Assembly (NCBI RefSeq): GCF_032191835.1
Contig: NC_083240.1
Coordinates: forward strand, 48,484,001 to 48,548,000
DNA length: 64,000 nt
Direction of reading: 5' to 3'
Source of the DNA: Heteronotia binoei
Lineage: Eukaryota
Positions 48,360-60,850 of this stretch are shown here, piece by piece; position 1 is the stretch's first letter, and each line of letters opens with the position of its first letter. A model generated the notes under the pieces. It did no database searches. It saw only the letters and a program-made list of their open reading frames with translations, and was not told where the DNA came from. Position numbers and translations under genes: made by a program.

Positions 48360-48860
48360 TTCGCCAGCGGGGAAGCGCGGCATGCTGGGAAATGCAGTCT
48401 GCGCGAGGGAGCGGAAGCCGAGGCCGCGGCATGCTGGGACTTGTAGGCACAGGCGCTCCGCCCTTCGGCCGCGCTCGGTGAGGTTGGGCGGGCCGAGGCG
48501 TCGGAGCCGGTTCTGTTCGGTGGGCCTCGGCGGGCGGAGGGGGCAGCCGGTGTCGCCCCGTAAGTCAACGGGGGGGGGGGAGGGTGGCTCCGGGGAAAGC
48601 GGCACCTGTTGAACTGCTGCCTGCCGTTCAACCCTCCGCGAGCAGGCGGGGCAGCCGGCCGTGCTCTGTGGCGGGAGGAAAGGCAGGGCCGCGGGTCGAG
48701 CGAGCTGCAGAATGCTGCACCTGTGGAGTTCCTGCTGGGGGGGGGGGAGGAAGCTCCCTTCTGCTTGGGCGAGGAGGGCGGGCGGGCGGGCGGGCGGCAA
48801 ATGAAACGCCTTAGGCGGGGATTGGGGCCGGCTGCGGCTGATCTCCGCCTGGGGAGAGAC
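48360..48860 (+). promoter_or_regulatory. CpG island, probable TNFAIP1 promoter and non-coding exon 1
   Basis: CpG-dense; two ZNF143/THAP11-type motifs at 48380-48398 and 48429-48447; donor ccc|GTAAGT at 48560. Confidence 0.75.
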
Positions 48861-49639
48861 GGCAGTGCTGTCAGTGGGGAGCCCTCAAGGGAGAGGAGAG
48901 GAGGTCAGCGGGATTCGACTGTGGAATTCCCCGCCACAGGATGTTTGCACAGCCACTACTTTGCCTGGCTTCAAAAGGGGACTGACAGCTCCCTCGGGGG
49001 ATAGCTAAGGCAGCCTCCCTCCGAGTATTCTGGGGGGGCTTCGGGCCGGCTTCTGGGGATGTGAGCGGCTGCTGTCGACCCTGAGGGGAACTGGGGGAGT
49101 AGCAGGATTGCTTCATCGATTGCAGCAAATGCATGTTGCTGGATGCACTGTGTAGAGCTGCAGCCACTTGCTGCATTCTGGTGCACTTTTATTGTGCTCT
49201 TGTATAACTTCATGGCTTGTAAAAAAAATGTCCCTGTGTATGTATAACAACGGTCAAGCATGCTGTCTGACTGTTTGGAGAGTCTGGCAGCTGCCCTCCT
49301 AGTGGGGGGATGGAACAGCTGGGTCAGTCAGTGGTACGTGTGATGCTGATGGGCAGCAATTAGGCTGTGTTGTTTAAGTTGTGTTAGGGCTGCACCCAGG
49401 ATGGAAACTGAGGAGGGAATCCAGTATGTTGGAAAGTGGGATGGAAGGAGGAGAATTCAGGTCTTGTGATGTCTTGTACAAGTTGACCTTGTCGGAGTAC
49501 TGGGGCAGCCTTCTTGGGTGCCTCCCCCTTCTGAACGAGCCCTGTGTTGTCTACAAGGTGGATGCTGAGAGGGCTCTGGGAAGGTGGACTCTGTTAGTCT
49601 TTATTTTACATTATAGATATCTATTCTTTTTGCTCTTAC

Positions 49640-49990
49640 AAGGGCCACCAAGTTGGCAGTGCTTTTAAACATATCATTAAAACAACTTTTAAAAGAGTTA
49701 AAGCAGAGTTAAAATGCATACAGAACATTGGCTAGGAAGGAGGATCACTGAGGGAATGCCAAATGCCAAACAAAAAAGTCTTCACCTACTGATGGAACAT
49801 GGCAACAGAAGTGGACTGGCAAATCTTCCTGGGGAGAGAGTGCCAGAGCTGTGGTGCCATGACTGAGAAGGTCCTTTCCCAGGTTGCCATCCACCTAATC
49901 TCAGAAGGCCCAAGGGGCACCTGAAGCAGGGTCTTCACAGATGGCCATAATGGTCAGGCAGGTCTGAATGCCTTTATAGTGCTCTGTTAG
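49640..49990 (-). mobile_element. L2-type LINE 3' fragment
   Basis: Degraded L2 3' sequence; boundaries approximate. Confidence 0.5.
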
Positions 49991-50183
49991 GTGGTTCCAG
50001 TGGTGGGCTGCAGAATAGAGGAGGGGCGGAGCATAAACAACAGATGGGGATAGCCTATGAAATTGACTTCCCAGTGGCAACAGGGTTGGGATTGTAAACT
50101 AGGCCTCCCGGAGGACTGGGTGCATGCATAGTGATGGTGGGAATGAGATTCGTATCTGCTGAATTGTGCCAAAGGGCATAGGT

Positions 50184-50795
50184 CAGGGCTGTTAAACATG
50201 TGGCCCAGGGGCCAAATCAGGCCCCCGAGCAACTGGCTGTTTGCTTCTTTCTCCCTCTCTCTTGCTTCCTTCTGCATTACAGCTTATTTTTCCAGGCTTG
50301 CTCAATCACACAGGAGTTACAGAACATTTTATTTATTTTATTTTTATTTGATTTTATTTATATCCCTCCCTCCCTGCCGGAGCAGGCTCAGGGTGGCTCT
50401 ATTTGCTGAGGCTCCTTCCCTGGGGAGGAAGGGAGGAGGCAGAGCTTGCTTTGGCAGGCTCTCTCAATTGCACAACAGAACTACTGAGTCAAGCCTCTCT
50501 TCCTTCTGTTGGCTGAGGCTCCTCCCTGTCTTGGTCCCCTGGAGAAGGAAGGAAAGAGCCAGAGCTTCCTTTGTCCAGTTCCTTGGACCCCATGGGAGAA
50601 ATACAAAGAAATAAGACCAATGAGTGCTAATGTTTTAAGGATGTTTATTTTTTAAAAAAATCTTTAATTGTGTTTGTCTGTGTCCTTTATAAAGTTTCTC
50701 TCTGCTACCTAATCTTAAATAGGTACATACAGGGCCCAGCCTGACAAGGTCTCTATTTACTTTAGATTCAGCCCTCATGGGTTCAACACCCCTTG
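50184..50795. mobile_element. hAT-type MITE
   Basis: TIRs cagggctgttaaac / gttcaacaccccttg; perfect 8-bp TSD gcataggt. Confidence 0.9.
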
Positions 50796-51119
50796 GCATA
50801 GGTGGTCTTACAGCAGCCACTGGAGAAGTAGATCCAGAGTTAATTATCATTTTTCCTTGCAAGACTGGAAGAGCATTGTAGGAGGATTTATTAAATAAAA
50901 GTTTCGGAATTTTGGGTTTTCCCTGCTGTTCCTTTTCCCCCCTCTCAATAGTTGAAGTAAGCATTTACAGACAAGATATGCTTTTGCACCTTTTTGTTGT
51001 TGTTGCTCCCACAGAACATTCAGAGATTAAAGCAGCACCTCTCCTCCCACTTTTTGCCAGTGAAAAAGCTGGTAGCCTTCAGCCCCTCCTCTGTAATAGC
51101 ATAAAAAGGTAGATTCATG

Positions 51120-51415
51120 TGGGTAGCCGTGTTGGTCTGGAGCAATAGAACAAAGGTTTAGTCCGGTGGCACCTTGAAGACCAACAAAGTTTATAAAATC
51201 CCAGCTATACTTACCACCCAGTTACTTGTGCATCTTGATTCTTAACTAGCCCTTCCTGGCAACTAACCTCTCCCCAACATTCTCTCTACCTCTGTGTAAG
51301 GTTTGAGGAACTCTCTCAGTGTATCTGCAGAAGGGTGCCTGCACATGAAAGCTTATGCCCAGAAGTAAACTTTGTTGTTCTTAAAGGTGTCTGACTGCAC
51401 TCACCCTTTGTCCTA
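51120..51415. mobile_element. Penelope-like remnant with inverted arms
   Basis: ggcaccttgaagaccaacaaagttt ... aaactttgttgttcttaaaggtgtc; similar architecture to 2603-3044. Confidence 0.6.
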
Positions 51416-52374
51416 CCATAAAAGGTTTTTGGGGGATGCAGATATTAGCCTGGTCTCATGCGAGGGATGCTGGGAGGATGCTCAGCTGCTGCCTTCTCTC
51501 TCTAACTTCAGCATTTAATGTCGGAATGGTGTTAGCAGGCACATGAAGCTGGTGACTTTTCTTGACTGACCTGCTAGGCTGCAGCTGATGAACACTCTTG
51601 GCAGAGAAGGGATGTAGATGTTGGAGGCAGAAAAACTAGTAGAGTGCCTTGCTCAGGAGGTGTCACTGCAGACTCTGTGTTCCCTTCCCCTGTCTGCAAA
51701 TCAGTGGGAGAGGGGGGAGCTGGGGTTGGGGCTTGAAATGCATAAACACTTGCATGGATTTTTATCACTCTCATCCAAAGAGTGATATCGCAGCTCAGGT
51801 CAAGAAATCTTCCTCCATTTAATCAGATGAGTTTTAATTATTAAATTGACTTAATCTGTATATATTAGCATATTAAAACAATAGTTTTGAAGATCTTTAT
51901 GTGCTTTTGATGGTACAGGCATGTCATTGCAGGAAAAAGCACTCTCTCCTGTGTAAGAGTGAAGGGAATGCCCCTTTTAGGTTGGTGTAGATTATCCACA
52001 GTTGTTATAAGTATTTATTAAATATAATTAACGCTTCCTTGAACATATATTGTCCTACTAATCAGGAGGACCTTTTAGTCTATCAGAAGGTTTTTAATTT
52101 CTTACTCTAACTAATGGGCAAGAGGTTGCAGCCCTAAACCTACCTGGTTGATGAAGCCACTTGCCATGCTGAGACCTCCACTGTTCCACTGCCCCCTCCC
52201 TTGCCCAGCTAAAACCTCTTCAGTTGCAACTGGAATCTGCCTTTTCTGCTTCTTTTTGTTGGCAATTTCATAACTGATAAGGAGAACAATGGATCTCACC
52301 GAATGTTGCAGGGAAGCTGAGCCTGCTGTTGAGAGCCGTAGTCATTGTTCTCATTCAGCCCCAAGGAAGGAAGG

Positions 52375-53354
52375 CAGGATGGATAAAAATCAGTGATTTT
52401 TTAAAAATAAAATGCTTTTTGAGGAAAATATATTATCATCCAAAGGTTGTTCCATCATGAAGTAAGGATTAATTTTTAATTCTGAAGCATAAGGCTGTAT
52501 ATTCATGCAATGTTTAAATTTTTTGGTAATAAATTCTATTAATCCATTCACAATGTCATGCTCTTCCAGAGGTTTCTGTAAGATTACTGGGCAGTTTCTC
52601 TGTCTACAAGACATTATCACAGAACACAGATGCTTGGTTTTGCAGTTCTCAAAACTGTAATTTGTCTGCAGAGATCACATGCCTCTTACGCATAGCAAAA
52701 ATGTTATAAAATGAACCGAGTTGAGAAAAAGACCTTAATCTCATTGTTCTACAAACCTATGTACACAGAATCAACCCTTAAGTGCTACGTTTCAAAAAGT
52801 TCAATGAATAGAAAAAGATTGCTTGGAGTGGAATAGATCTGCACAGGAAGAAAGGGAGGGGCAAGCAATAAGGAGGGAGGAGCAAGCAGTAAATATTAAA
52901 GTGAAACTTTTTGAGCAGAATCCTCCACAAGACTTTGGATCTTTTGTGTGTATAATCCAAGGTTTATCACATTATTCTTTCCCTGGAGGAGAAAACCTAG
53001 AATGGCAGCAGGGCGTAAAAGAGACCCAGTTTGGGAATATTTTAATGAAGTTCCTCTACCTATTGGTAAGGCAGGCATGTATATAGTAGTTTTTATTATT
53101 TATTTATAGTTATTAAACTGGAGATAATTCACCTCACAATAATTTCATAATTATCTATCTATAATGTGTTTCTAACAGTATTAAAAATAAATATTTTTAT
53201 ATAACTGTAAAACTAATATGAACAGTTGTTATTCTAAAAATGGAATAATCTAATTGTGAATATTAAGGTTATACCGGAAAAATGAGTCTTTATGTAGAAA
53301 ACTATGATTTAAATCAAGTCTTATTGACTAGTGATTTAAATCAAATCCACCCTG
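52375..53354 (+). mobile_element. Internally deleted hAT transposon retaining a transposase N-terminus
   Basis: Ends caggatggata / tccaccctg; TSD aaggaagg / aaggaagc; gatttaaatc subterminal repeats; MAAGRKRDPVWEYFNEVPLPIGKAGM from 53002 (BED-finger-like start). Confidence 0.78.
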
Positions 53355-54529
53355 AAGGAAGCGGGTCCACTCTGTGATGGTTTTCATTGCCCTTTTCTGC
53401 AATATGTTTTTTTGAGACGTAACCAGAATTCTGCACTAAATGTGATTCCACCGTTGGTTTTAGGATGAGACAGTTCAGTCATAACCTTCCTGGGAATTTG
53501 CCTGTCATGGCTGCTACTGCTTTACACTGAATTCATGTTTTCCAGTTGATTGGGCGTGTGCATGTAAAGTGCTGTGAAGTTGTGGTGACCCCAGCATCAG
53601 GTCAGAACCTTTTGTCTTTGCATAAGCCTTTCATGAACTGTGGTTTTACAATTCCCCGTTATTGTGCTGCTTAATTTGATTGGCTGCTGCAGCTGAGGTT
53701 CTTTTCTGGGCTGCTGTTTTGTTTTGCTGCTGATGTTTTTCTCAACTTTCACTGACTTGTGATGGTTTTCAGACCGGTTTTCGTTTGAAAGTTACTTTAA
53801 GCCACTTCAAACACTCTGGAGAATGAAGCAAATAAGTAGACGAAATAAATGAAGCAATGTTAGGCTGTCTTATTGAGCACATTTTTTTATCCTGCCTTCC
53901 TGCTGAGGACCTTGGGGGGGCAGCAGGTGTGGTTCTCTCCCCCCTCATTTTATACGCACAACAGCTCTGTGGAGTAGGTTAGGCCTAGAGTATGGAACTG
54001 GCCCATGGTTCCATGACAGAATGGGGATTCAAACCTGGGTCTCTCCGATCATAGTCCCCTACACTACACTGGCTAATTGATTCAGAAGGCTTATAGCAGT
54101 CAGCTGAAAAGTCAGCCTTCCATTAGCCAAAAGCTTTATAGTCAGTAGATATTCTTATCCACCCTTGTCCTGATGATCCCCTGAGAAGGCATTGATGCTT
54201 TCTTCTTTACAGCAGCAGATTGGGGCGGGGGAGAGTTATTAATCTTTAGTTCCAACAAACGTGTTGCTTCCCTCCTTTTGCACAGCTCTCTGATTTCCTG
54301 GGCTTCCTGGAAGCAGAGATGTGGGGTTTTGTTTCATAAAATGAATGACAGTGGACATTATTGTCGATGCAATATTGATCAGACTTGGCAGTTTCAAAGC
54401 TGAAATTAATATTTTTCAGGTGATTACCCCTAGGAATTGTGGGAGAGAGTGAATATGGGGGGAGGAGATGGAAATAGGAGGTCAGAGGAGGCCGATGCAG
54501 GGATTCAGGGGTTGGCCCTGCAATGGCTC

Positions 54530-55740
54530 TCCTCTTTTCTCCTCGGCCGGGGACAAAGGGGTGGTGATCGGGGGACAGTCATCCCAGAGACATCCGCTTA
54601 ATTGTGGGGTGCCTCAGGGGGCGGTGCTCTCCCTGATGTTGTGCAATATCTATATGCACCCCCTTGCCCAGATTGTCCGGAGATTTGGGCTGGGTTGCCA
54701 TCAGTACGCTGATGACACCCAGCTCCGTCTGCTGATGGATGGCCAGCCTCTGCCCCAGAAAATTTAGTCCTGGCGCTGCAAGCTGTGGCAGGGTGGCTCA
54801 GGCTGAATCGTCTGAATCTGAATCCAATGAAGACAGAGGTCCTTTGCCTGAGTCGCAGTGGTCTGGGAAGGGAAATCCCTCTACCAGTTTTTGATGGGGC
54901 ACCACTGATATCAGCGCCCAAAGTCAGAACCTTGGGGATGCTACTGGAGCCCACATTGGCAATGGAAGCCCAGATAACAGCTACTGCAAAATCTGCCTTT
55001 TTTTCACCTTAGGCAGGTACGTCAGTTGGTCCCCTTCCTAGAGCACAGCAACCTAGCAACTGTGATCCATGCAACGGTCACCTTGAGACTAGACTACAGT
55101 AATGTCCACATGGGGCTGCCCTTGTCTCGGATCCAGAAACTGCAGATGGTGCGGAACGCAGCAGCCAGGCTGTTATTGGGTCTCTCTATACAGGAGCACA
55201 TACAGCCAAGGCTGTGGGAACTGCACTGGCTGCCAATAGTATTCCGGATTCACTACAAGGTGCTGGTTATTAAGCCCTATATGGCCGAAGACCTGTCTAC
55301 CTTAGGGACCGTCTCTCCCCAAATGTTCCCCAGAGGGTATTCAGATCTGGATCGCAGAATTTACTGTCAATCCCCGGGCTAAGGGAGGTGAGACTGAAGG
55401 CTACCAGAGAAAGAGCCTTCTCAATTGTGGCCCCCCACTGGTGGAACAAACTCCCAGAAGATGTTAGGGCCTTGGGGTTCCTTGCCCAGTTCTGCAAGGC
55501 CTGTAAACCAGTTCTATTTTGACTTGCCTTTAGTTAAATTACAGTATAAGTAAATGCCCAACATCGCTGAATTTAATAGTACCAACACTAGCACCAAAAT
55601 TGTTTTAGATCATTTTAAATTGTTTTAAATTGTTTGATCGGTAATGATTATTGTTAATTTTAATTGTTTGCTATTGTTTTATTGTCTGAGTTTGACTCTT
55701 GTTAGCCGCCCTGAACCTGCTTTGGTGGGGAGGGCGGGAT
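54530..55740 (+). mobile_element. L2-type LINE RT/3' fragment
   Basis: CGVPQGAVLSL...HQYADDTQL...LHWLPI motifs, frameshifted. Confidence 0.88.
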
Positions 55741-56019
55741 ATAAATGTGAGAAATAAATAAATTAAATAAAACCACATTACATAGAACAATCTAAATAAA
55801 AACTCACCTGGTTAGCTGGGCCTATCCAATCACAACCAAGCTGAAATTCTATTTTGATCTCTGACTACAAGTGAAAGCAAAGCCAGAACTGGGATTAATT
55901 TAGCAGAGCAACTTCTTACCAGAAATGAAATGTTTGTGTATGACCATTGGGAACAGAACTGGGAAGCTTAAACAAGACAAAAAAGAGGAATAGACTAGCA
56001 AATGATTATGCTGCTAAAC

Positions 56020-56057
56020 TTGTTTCTGTTTGTTTGTTTGTTTGTTTGTTTGTTTGT

Positions 56058-56100
<43 letters not shown>

Positions 56101-56102
56101 TT
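56020..56102. repeat. (TTTG)n(ATTT)n microsatellite
   Basis: Direct observation. Confidence 0.95.
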
Positions 56103-56104
56103 TC

Positions 56105-56560
56105 ATTTATATCCCGCCCTCCCCCACCTTGGCAGGCTCAGGGCGGCTAACAACAATCCATAAAAACACACCATAATAAATAAAACATTAGAATTACAAT
56201 ATAGAACAATGAAACATTAAAATAAAAACCAGTCTAGTAAATACAATTATACTGCGGTATAGATCTTTAGGCCGCATTGGCAGATCTTTAATTACCATTT
56301 TTCTTAGCAGTCCGAATATGCTGATTTAAAAAGGATGGTCTTGCAGGCCCTGCGGAACTGTTCAAGGCTCCGCAGGGCCCGCACCTCCTCGGGGAGTCGG
56401 TTCCATAGGGTAGGGGCCGCGATCGAAAAGGCCCGTATTCTGGTGCTCTGATATTTAACTTCCTTTGGCCCAGGGATAGTCATTAGGTTTTTCCCCGTTG
56501 ACCTCAGTGCTCTCTGGGGTTCATATGGGGAAAGACGGTCCCTCAGTCACAGGCGTAAGT
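56105..56560 (-). mobile_element. L2-type LINE 3' fragment
   Basis: Inverse-complementary to the 3' part of 54530-55740; its tail is the adjacent microsatellite. Confidence 0.75.
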
Positions 56561-56984
56561 CAGTCACAGGCGTAATTAGTGATGAGTTTTTCATAGTTGA
56601 GTCAGTCCAGAATCCCAAAATGAGAACAGACTCATGTCATACTTTTCATTAGGACCAGTCCAAATGACACAAAACAGTGCGCAGGTTGAAAGCTTGTTAC
56701 AACTGCTTGTCATTTTGGTGGCCCTGATAAAAGGCATTAAGCGCAATTAGTGAAGACTTGAGATGAGTTCTTGAGTCATCAGTAAAGCCACCCTGTAGCA
56801 AAAGGAAGTGCATCTCAGGTTCTTCTGAATCAGATTTGCCTCAGCCTGATAGGAAGCATGTGATACTAAGAGCGTGGTAGTAAAAGTAAAAAGTAAAAGC
56901 CTTAGCTTCTTCCCTGGAAGGGAGTTAAATTCTGATGAAATAGGTGACTGAGCATCCATCTCCACATTGAGAATCAACAAAGGC

Positions 56985-57215
56985 TGTCATATTGAGGGTG
57001 GTGCAGAGTTGTTTTCTGTTGCCCCAGAAGGTCAGACAGAACCAGTGGGCTGAAATTAAATCAGAAGTTTCTGACTAAATATTAGGAAGAACTTCCTGAC
57101 AGAGCGATTCCTAAGTGGAACAGCCTTCCTCAGGAGGTGGTGGGCTCTCCTTCCTTGGAGGTTTTTAAGCATAGGCTAGATGGCCATCTGACAGCGATGC
57201 AGATCTTGTGAACTT
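56985..57215 (+). mobile_element. CR1 3' fragment
   Basis: Matches 6470-6700 (ttgttttctgttgccccagaagg...aggctagatggccatctgacagc). Confidence 0.8.
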
Positions 57216-57935
57216 AGGCTTTATTTCTGGAGTGAAGCTGGAAGTAGTGTCATCATGTCAGGGAGCTGGCATAGGATTCCACTGAAAACTCTATCGTAAA
57301 TCTGTAGGGTTGCAGTGGCTGTGTGCAGGAAGTGACATCATGCCATCAGAGTGACAGCAATTTGCATATCTGCACTGCCTCCCACCAGTTCCTGGCAACC
57401 TTAGCTGTGACTCACACAAGCTTATGCTGCAGTAAGTGTTATTGCCATGGACTAACACAGCCAACCACTTTAGTTTTTTTTTATATTTACATAATGTAAG
57501 GGAAATACATGCTATATTGTCTGTTTGACAGGTAACATTCCAATAAATTTCTGCCTAAATGGGTGGAGATAACATTTAACGGATACTTTACATATGTGAT
57601 TAATTTTGTTTTTGCTTGGGACATATTTGGGGTGTTGTCGCTTTTTGTTTAGTAAATATAAGCATGCTAGATCAGGGGAACTTCTGTTTCAGGTGCTGGA
57701 AAACATTCCAGCTTAAAAGCCACATCCCTGCCTGATATCACCTGCCTGGCCCGGAGGGGCTAGGGGTTGATCTGGGGGGTCTGCTCTTCTGTTTCCGAAT
57801 GGTGTGTGTTGTTTTTAACCCCCAGGGACCAGCAGCTGCCCTTGCCCAACCGGTGACCCCTGTGCCTCGCTTCCAACCACGGCGGAGTCAGTCAAGCCCA
57901 CCCTCTGCAGAGTTGTCATCTACCTGCAGAAGGAC

Positions 57936-58149
57936 ATGTCTGGGGACACCTGCCTGGCCAGCGTCTGTCCCCTGCCAGGAGCCAAGCCCAGGAGCTGCAG
58001 CTTCAAAGCCGGCAGCCCGGGCAATAAGTATGTGCGCCTCAATGTTGGCGGCTCCCTGTACTACACCACAATGCAGGTGCTGACATGGCATGACACCATG
58101 CTGAAGGCCATGTTCAGCGGCAGGATGGAGGTCCTCTCCGACAAGGAAG
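57936..58149 (+). CDS. TNFAIP1: TNFAIP1 (BACURD2) first coding exon
   Basis: MSGDTCL...[16 protein letters not shown]...[19 protein letters not shown] (BTB domain); GTAGGC donor; candidate acceptor at 57825. Confidence 0.96.
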
Positions 58150-58860
58150 GTAGGCACTGGGTTGGGGAGCAGATTTTTGTTTGCTGCCATGTGCGCGTGG
58201 TTAAAAGCAGAATTGGGGGCGGGGGGGGGGACAGATGCTGCCAAAGGCAGCAAACAACATCTGTCAAAGCTGTCTTATGCTGCATTCGGCCTCTGCTCTC
58301 TGGGACCGGAAGTGTCTGCTCTGACTGGCAGCAGCTCTTCTGTGACTGGGGCAGGATGCAGTTTCCCCAGCCCTGGAGATGCAGGCAAAGCAGATACTCT
58401 ACCCCTGAGCCATGGCCCCCTCCCTCATTTGTCACATGGGAGTTTATCCTGAGTCATCGGTCCATTTCGCCTGGCTGGCAGCGGCTGCCCAGGGTCTCTG
58501 GCTGGGAAGGCTCTTCCCTGAGTCCTTCTGCTGAGGATCTTTAGTTGCTGGGGATGGGATGGGATGGGGTGGGGGGTTCTGCTGAGCCACAGCCTGTTTC
58601 CCATTCAAAACGAGATTGTCCCTGGGGCTCTTGCTGCCTCACTGGGCCCAGCTTCCCTCTCAGGGTGCTGCTTGGTAGAAAAGCTGATATAAGCAGTGAT
58701 TCCAGAACCATGACTTTTTCCTGCCTTGGGTCATCCATGGAGATGCCAAAGCCTCGCGTGGTGTTTGCTTTCTGCCCTCTGCTATGCACTGCTTGTGACT
58801 GGGAAGGAATGCCTGACCTTTGACTCGCGTCAAAGTTTTCTGTCTTCTGTCCATCCCTAG

Positions 58861-59030
58861 GCTGGATTCTCATTGATCGTTGTGGGAAGCACTTTGGGAC
58901 TATTCTCAACTACCTCCGTGACAACACAGTTGTGCTGCCCAAAAACCGGCAGGAGATCAAAGAACTGATGGCAGAAGCCAAATACTACCTCATCCAGGGG
59001 CTGGTTGACCTCTGTCAGGCTGCCCTGCAG
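58861..59030 (+). CDS. TNFAIP1: TNFAIP1 coding exon 2 (170 bp)
   Basis: [57 protein letters not shown]. Confidence 0.97.
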
Positions 59031-59384
59031 GTAAGAGCAGGCAGGCTGGAGGGAGGGAGCGAGGGTGATGATCTTCTGCAGAAAGCCCCCTCCTTCCCTC
59101 CGTCTCCCCAGTACAGTCAGAAGGCCCTGTGTGGGGATGCAGCCACCGTGCCCTGTGTAGTATTGGTTCTTGTGGGGGAGGGATGAGACTGGCCACAGTG
59201 GGACACAGGCTGCTGGGGTAGGTGGGCCCTTGATTGGATCCTTGCAAGTGAAGATTTCTGAGTCTGGCTCTCCTGTGCCCAAACCTGGCGGGGGTTCCAC
59301 AGGAGACCTTAACTAGTGCATTTAGAGTGGAGTTGATGAGCATAAGTTTAAAAAGCAGTCAGTTCTTCCTCACATATCTTATGG

Positions 59385-60240
59385 CAGGGGTGTTAAACAT
59401 GCAGCCCAGGGGCTGAGTCAGACCCCCAGAGGGCTCCTATCAGGCCCTCGAGCAACTGGCTGTCATCTGCTTCCTTCTTCCTCTCTCTTGCTTCCTTCTG
59501 CATAACTGCTTGTTTTACCAGGCTTGCTCAATCGCACAGGAGCTACAGAGCAAAGCTTCTATATACTCCATTGGCTGAGGCTCCCCTCTTGGGGGGGAGG
59601 CAGAGCTTGCTTTGTCAGGCTCTCTTAGTTGCACAGCAGAGCTACTGAGTCAAGCCTCTCTTCTTTCTATTGGCTAAGGCTCCTCCCCCTCCTGGTCCCG
59701 AGGAGGGAAGAAGATGATGATATTGGATTTATATCCGACCCTCCATTCCGAATCTCAGAGTCTTAGAGCAGCTTACAATCGCCTTTATCTTCCTTCCTGT
59801 GAGGTGGGTGGGGCTGAGAGGACTTTCACAGCAGCTGCCCTTTCAAGGACAACCTCTGCCAGAGCTATGGCTAACCCAAGGCTATTCTAGCAGCTGCAAG
59901 TGGAGGAGTGGGGAATCAAACCCAGTTCTCCCAGATAAGAGTCTGCACACTTAACCAAACTGGAAGGAAGGAGAGAGCCTGTGCTTTCTTTGCTCAGTTC
60001 TCTGGATCCCATGGGAGAAATACAAAGAAAACACCTTTAAGACCAACGAGTGCTAATGTTTTAAGCATGTTTTATTTTAAGTTTTTTAAAAAATATTTAA
60101 TTGTGTTTGTCTTTGTCCTTTATAAAGTTTATATCTCTGCTACCTAATCTTAAACAGAGGTACTCATGTGGTCCGGCCCAACAAGGTCTCATTTATGTCA
60201 GATCCGGCCCTCGTAGCAAATGAGTTTGACCCCCCTTCAG
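59385..60240. mobile_element. hAT-type MITE with nested SINE (~59700-59960)
   Basis: Start caggggtgttaaac; TSD tcttatgg / gcttatgg. Confidence 0.85.
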
Positions 60241-60760
60241 GCTTATGGAGGGTTCTGCCCCAGGCTCCTTTCCCCCCTGTCCATTCTGAGCTGATTTCTG
60301 GCAGCCCCTCCTGGGGCTTCCAAGGCAAGGTGGCTTTGCCATTGCCTGCCTCCGCAGGTCTCCCCTCCACAAACTGACCAGAGTTGACCCTGCCAGTTTG
60401 GTGTTGTGGTTTAGAGTGGCAGCCTCTAATCTGGAGAACTGGGTCTGATTCCCAACCTTGGGCCAGTCACAGCTCTCTCAGAACTCTCTCAGCCCACCTG
60501 GTGTCAGGCTAGCCGGGGCCATCCTGGTCAGGGCTTTCTTCATGGTTTTAGCTCATATAGACTTGTCCTTTGTTTGCTGTGATGGGTAAGCGGAATCTCC
60601 CGATTAAGAAACTGCTTCCATCTGTATATCAGGGTCAGTTCATGGGGCAGGGCTTGCTTTGGGGGGCTTCCGGGAAAGTGTGGGATGCAGGAGTCCGAGC
60701 TAGATGAGCCTGTGGTCTGATCCAGCGGGGACTCTCTCATGCCCCCTCCCCCTTTCCCAG

Positions 60761-60850
60761 GACAAGAAGGATTCCTACAAGCCAGTCTGCAACATCCCTG
60801 TCATCACGTCCCCCAAGGAAGAAGAAAGGCTCATCGAGTCCTCCATGAAG
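60761..60850 (+). CDS. TNFAIP1: TNFAIP1 coding exon 3 (90 bp)
   Basis: [30 protein letters not shown]; AG/GT sites. Confidence 0.96.

Noticed and set aside
48273-49004. ORFs of 76-175 aa over the TNFAIP1 CpG island
   Set aside because: Low-complexity GC-rich frames with no domain similarity; expected by chance in CpG islands
58084-58092. TNFAIP1 has TWH where human has TRH (possible CpG-derived R to W)
   Set aside because: As I recall, this position varies among KCTD10, KCTD13 and TNFAIP1; the rest of the BTB domain and splice sites are intact, so there is no sign of inactivation
57936-58544. 202-aa ORF as a single-exon TNFAIP1 product
   Set aside because: Homology stops at the GT donor at 58150; the remainder is intron read-through
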